Positions 62,665 to 64,000 of a DNA stretch of 64,000 bases are shown here, in pieces; within the stretch, counting starts at the first letter, position 1, and each line of letters starts with the position of its first letter. The DNA is from Bacilli bacterium (lineage in GTDB: Bacteria; Bacillota_I; Bacilli_A; RF39; UBA660): the NCBI GenBank assembly GCA_017544165.1, contig JAFYER010000012.1, forward strand, positions 67,401 to 131,400, given 5' to 3'. The notes beneath the pieces are model-generated. The model was not told the DNA's origin and searched no databases. It saw only the letters and a list, made by a program, of their open reading frames with translations. The position numbers and the translations under genes were made by a program.

Positions 62665-64000
62665 TTATTCATTTGGAGCTAATAATGATAAAGAAACTTT
62701 TTCTTTTTCTAAATCAATATCAATTACATAGACATCTACAATATCTCCGACACTTAAAACTTCACTTGGATGCTTAATATACCTATCTGTCATCTTAGAG
62801 ATATGTACTAAACCATCATTATGAAGACCAATATCAATAAATGCGCCGAAATCCACTACATTTCGAACAGTTCCTTGCAGTTTCATACCTTTTTTCAAAT
62901 CTTTAACTTCAAGAACATCACTCTTTAAAAGTGGTTTTGGCATTTCATCACGTGGATCACGATTAGGTTTCATCAGCGAAGCGATAATGTCATTTATTGT
63001 ATAAATATCACTATTTAGTTCCTTAGCTATTTTTTCAGGATTTTCCTTTGAAATTGCATTAATTAATTTCTCAGTTCCCAAATCATTAGTTGTAAGATTA
63101 AGCATTTTTAAAAGTTTTAAAGCTATATCATAACTTTCTGGGTGAATATCCGTTTTATCAAGAGGATTTGTCCCATCTAAAACTCGAATAAAACCAATTG
63201 CTTGTTCATATGTCTTATCAGTAAGGATTTTATTCTTTTTAAGTTCCTCTCTTGATAAAAACTTGCCATTCTCCTCCCTAAAACTAATTATTTTATCGAT
63301 ATTTTTCTTATTTATTCCTGATACATATTTTAAAAGTGAACTTGAAGCTGTATTGATATCAACGCCAACACTATTTACTGCTTTACTTACTACAAAATCG
63401 AGGGAATCGCTTAGCTTATTTTGAGCAACATCATGTTGATATAAACCAACGCCAATACTTTCCGGATCAATTTTAACAAGCTCCGCTAAAGGATCTTGAA
63501 GACGTCTACCAATACTTACGGCACTTCGTTCTTCGACATGTAAATCAGGAAATTCATCAATAGCTAGTTTTGATGCACTATAAACACTTGCTCCCGCTTC
63601 ACTGACAATGAGATACTCCACTTTTCGGTCAAGCGATTTAATGACATCAATAATAAATTTCTCACTTTCCCTTGAGGCAGTACCATTACCTATTGCAATT
63701 ATTTCAATATTATATTTATTAATAATATCAATGGTTTTTTTCTTAGCTTCTTCATACTTATTAACTGGTTCATGAGGAAATATTTTATCGATATGAATCA
63801 TTTTACCAACTTCATTTAAAACAGCTAATTTACAACCAGTTCTAAAGGCTGGATCAAGGCCTAATACCATTTTTCCTTTTAAAGGAGGTGTTAAAAGTAA
63901 GTTTTCTAAGTTTTTACTAAAGTTTTCAATAGCAACATCTTCAGCTTTTTCAGAAAGTTCTGCCCTAACTTCTCTTTCAACGCTTGGAAATATAAGTCTC
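62665..64000 (-). CDS. tex: Tex-like transcription accessory protein (C-terminal two thirds; 5' end outside the window)
   Basis: YqgF/RuvC-like GLDPAFRTGCKLAV, HhH region and C-terminal S1 domain (GTVRNVVDFGAFIDIG...GLVHIS). The frame remains open upstream of the tracked Met to base 64000 (...AIENFSKNLENLLLTPPLKGK). Confidence 0.9.
   Translation of the reverse strand, partial: RLIFPSVEREVRAELSEKAEDVAIENFSKNLENLLLTPPLKGKMVLGLDPAFRTGCKLAVLNEVGKMIHIDKIFPHEPVNKYEEAKKKTIDIINKYNIEIIAIGNGTASRESEKFIIDVIKSLDRKVEYLIVSEAGASVYSASKLAIDEFPDLHVEERSAVSIGRRLQDPLAELVKIDPESIGVGLYQHDVAQNKLSDSLDFVVSKAVNSVGVDINTASSSLLKYVSGINKKNIDKIISFREENGKFLSREELKKNKILTDKTYEQAIGFIRVLDGTNPLDKTDIHPESYDIALKLLKMLNLTTNDLGTEKLINAISKENPEKIAKELNSDIYTINDIIASLMKPNRDPRDEMPKPLLKSDVLEVKDLKKGMKLQGTVRNVVDFGAFIDIGLHNDGLVHISKMTDRYIKHPSEVLSVGDIVDVYVIDIDLEKEKVSLSLLAPNE

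Overview
AT-rich (by eye roughly 27-30% GC) chromosomal segment from an endospore-forming Firmicute. The gene set looks Bacilli/Erysipelotrichia-like: ezrA, ltaS, prsA, addAB, T-box-controlled pheST, an intact pro-sigK, cotE, a gerA-type germinant receptor operon and YjcZ-type micro-proteins. I support about 60 protein genes, 2 tRNAs (Arg-ACG, Pro-UGG), one T-box riboswitch, and several consensus sigma-A promoters and intrinsic terminators. I saw no rRNA, CRISPR array, transposase, integrase or phage structural genes. Most of the window is housekeeping: pheST, pyrG, rpsP, ackA, pta, thiI plus cysteine desulfurase, addAB, dus, rmuC, tex. The most unusual element is at the left edge, a two-gene surface module. 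Its second gene (1232..4168) encodes a 978-aa N-terminally anchored protein built from about 26 two-cysteine modules (CP[DS]GYT[KR]xGNxCY) arranged in two 75-nt tandem arrays. An exported CxxC thioredoxin-fold protein lies 3 kb away. Other items worth a second look: an orphan MvaI/BcnI-like PD-ExK endonuclease wedged between tRNA-Pro and pta with no methyltransferase in view; a solitary HerA/FtsK-type ATPase divergent from cotE; a promoter-leader-terminator-RBS arrangement in front of an ORF6N/PLD-like gene; a 27-nt perfect palindrome plus a third half-site; and a set of GGTTG repeats phased at exactly 21 bp around a membrane-tethered XRE regulator. All family assignments come from reading the translations and from remembered motifs. 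None has been verified by a database search.
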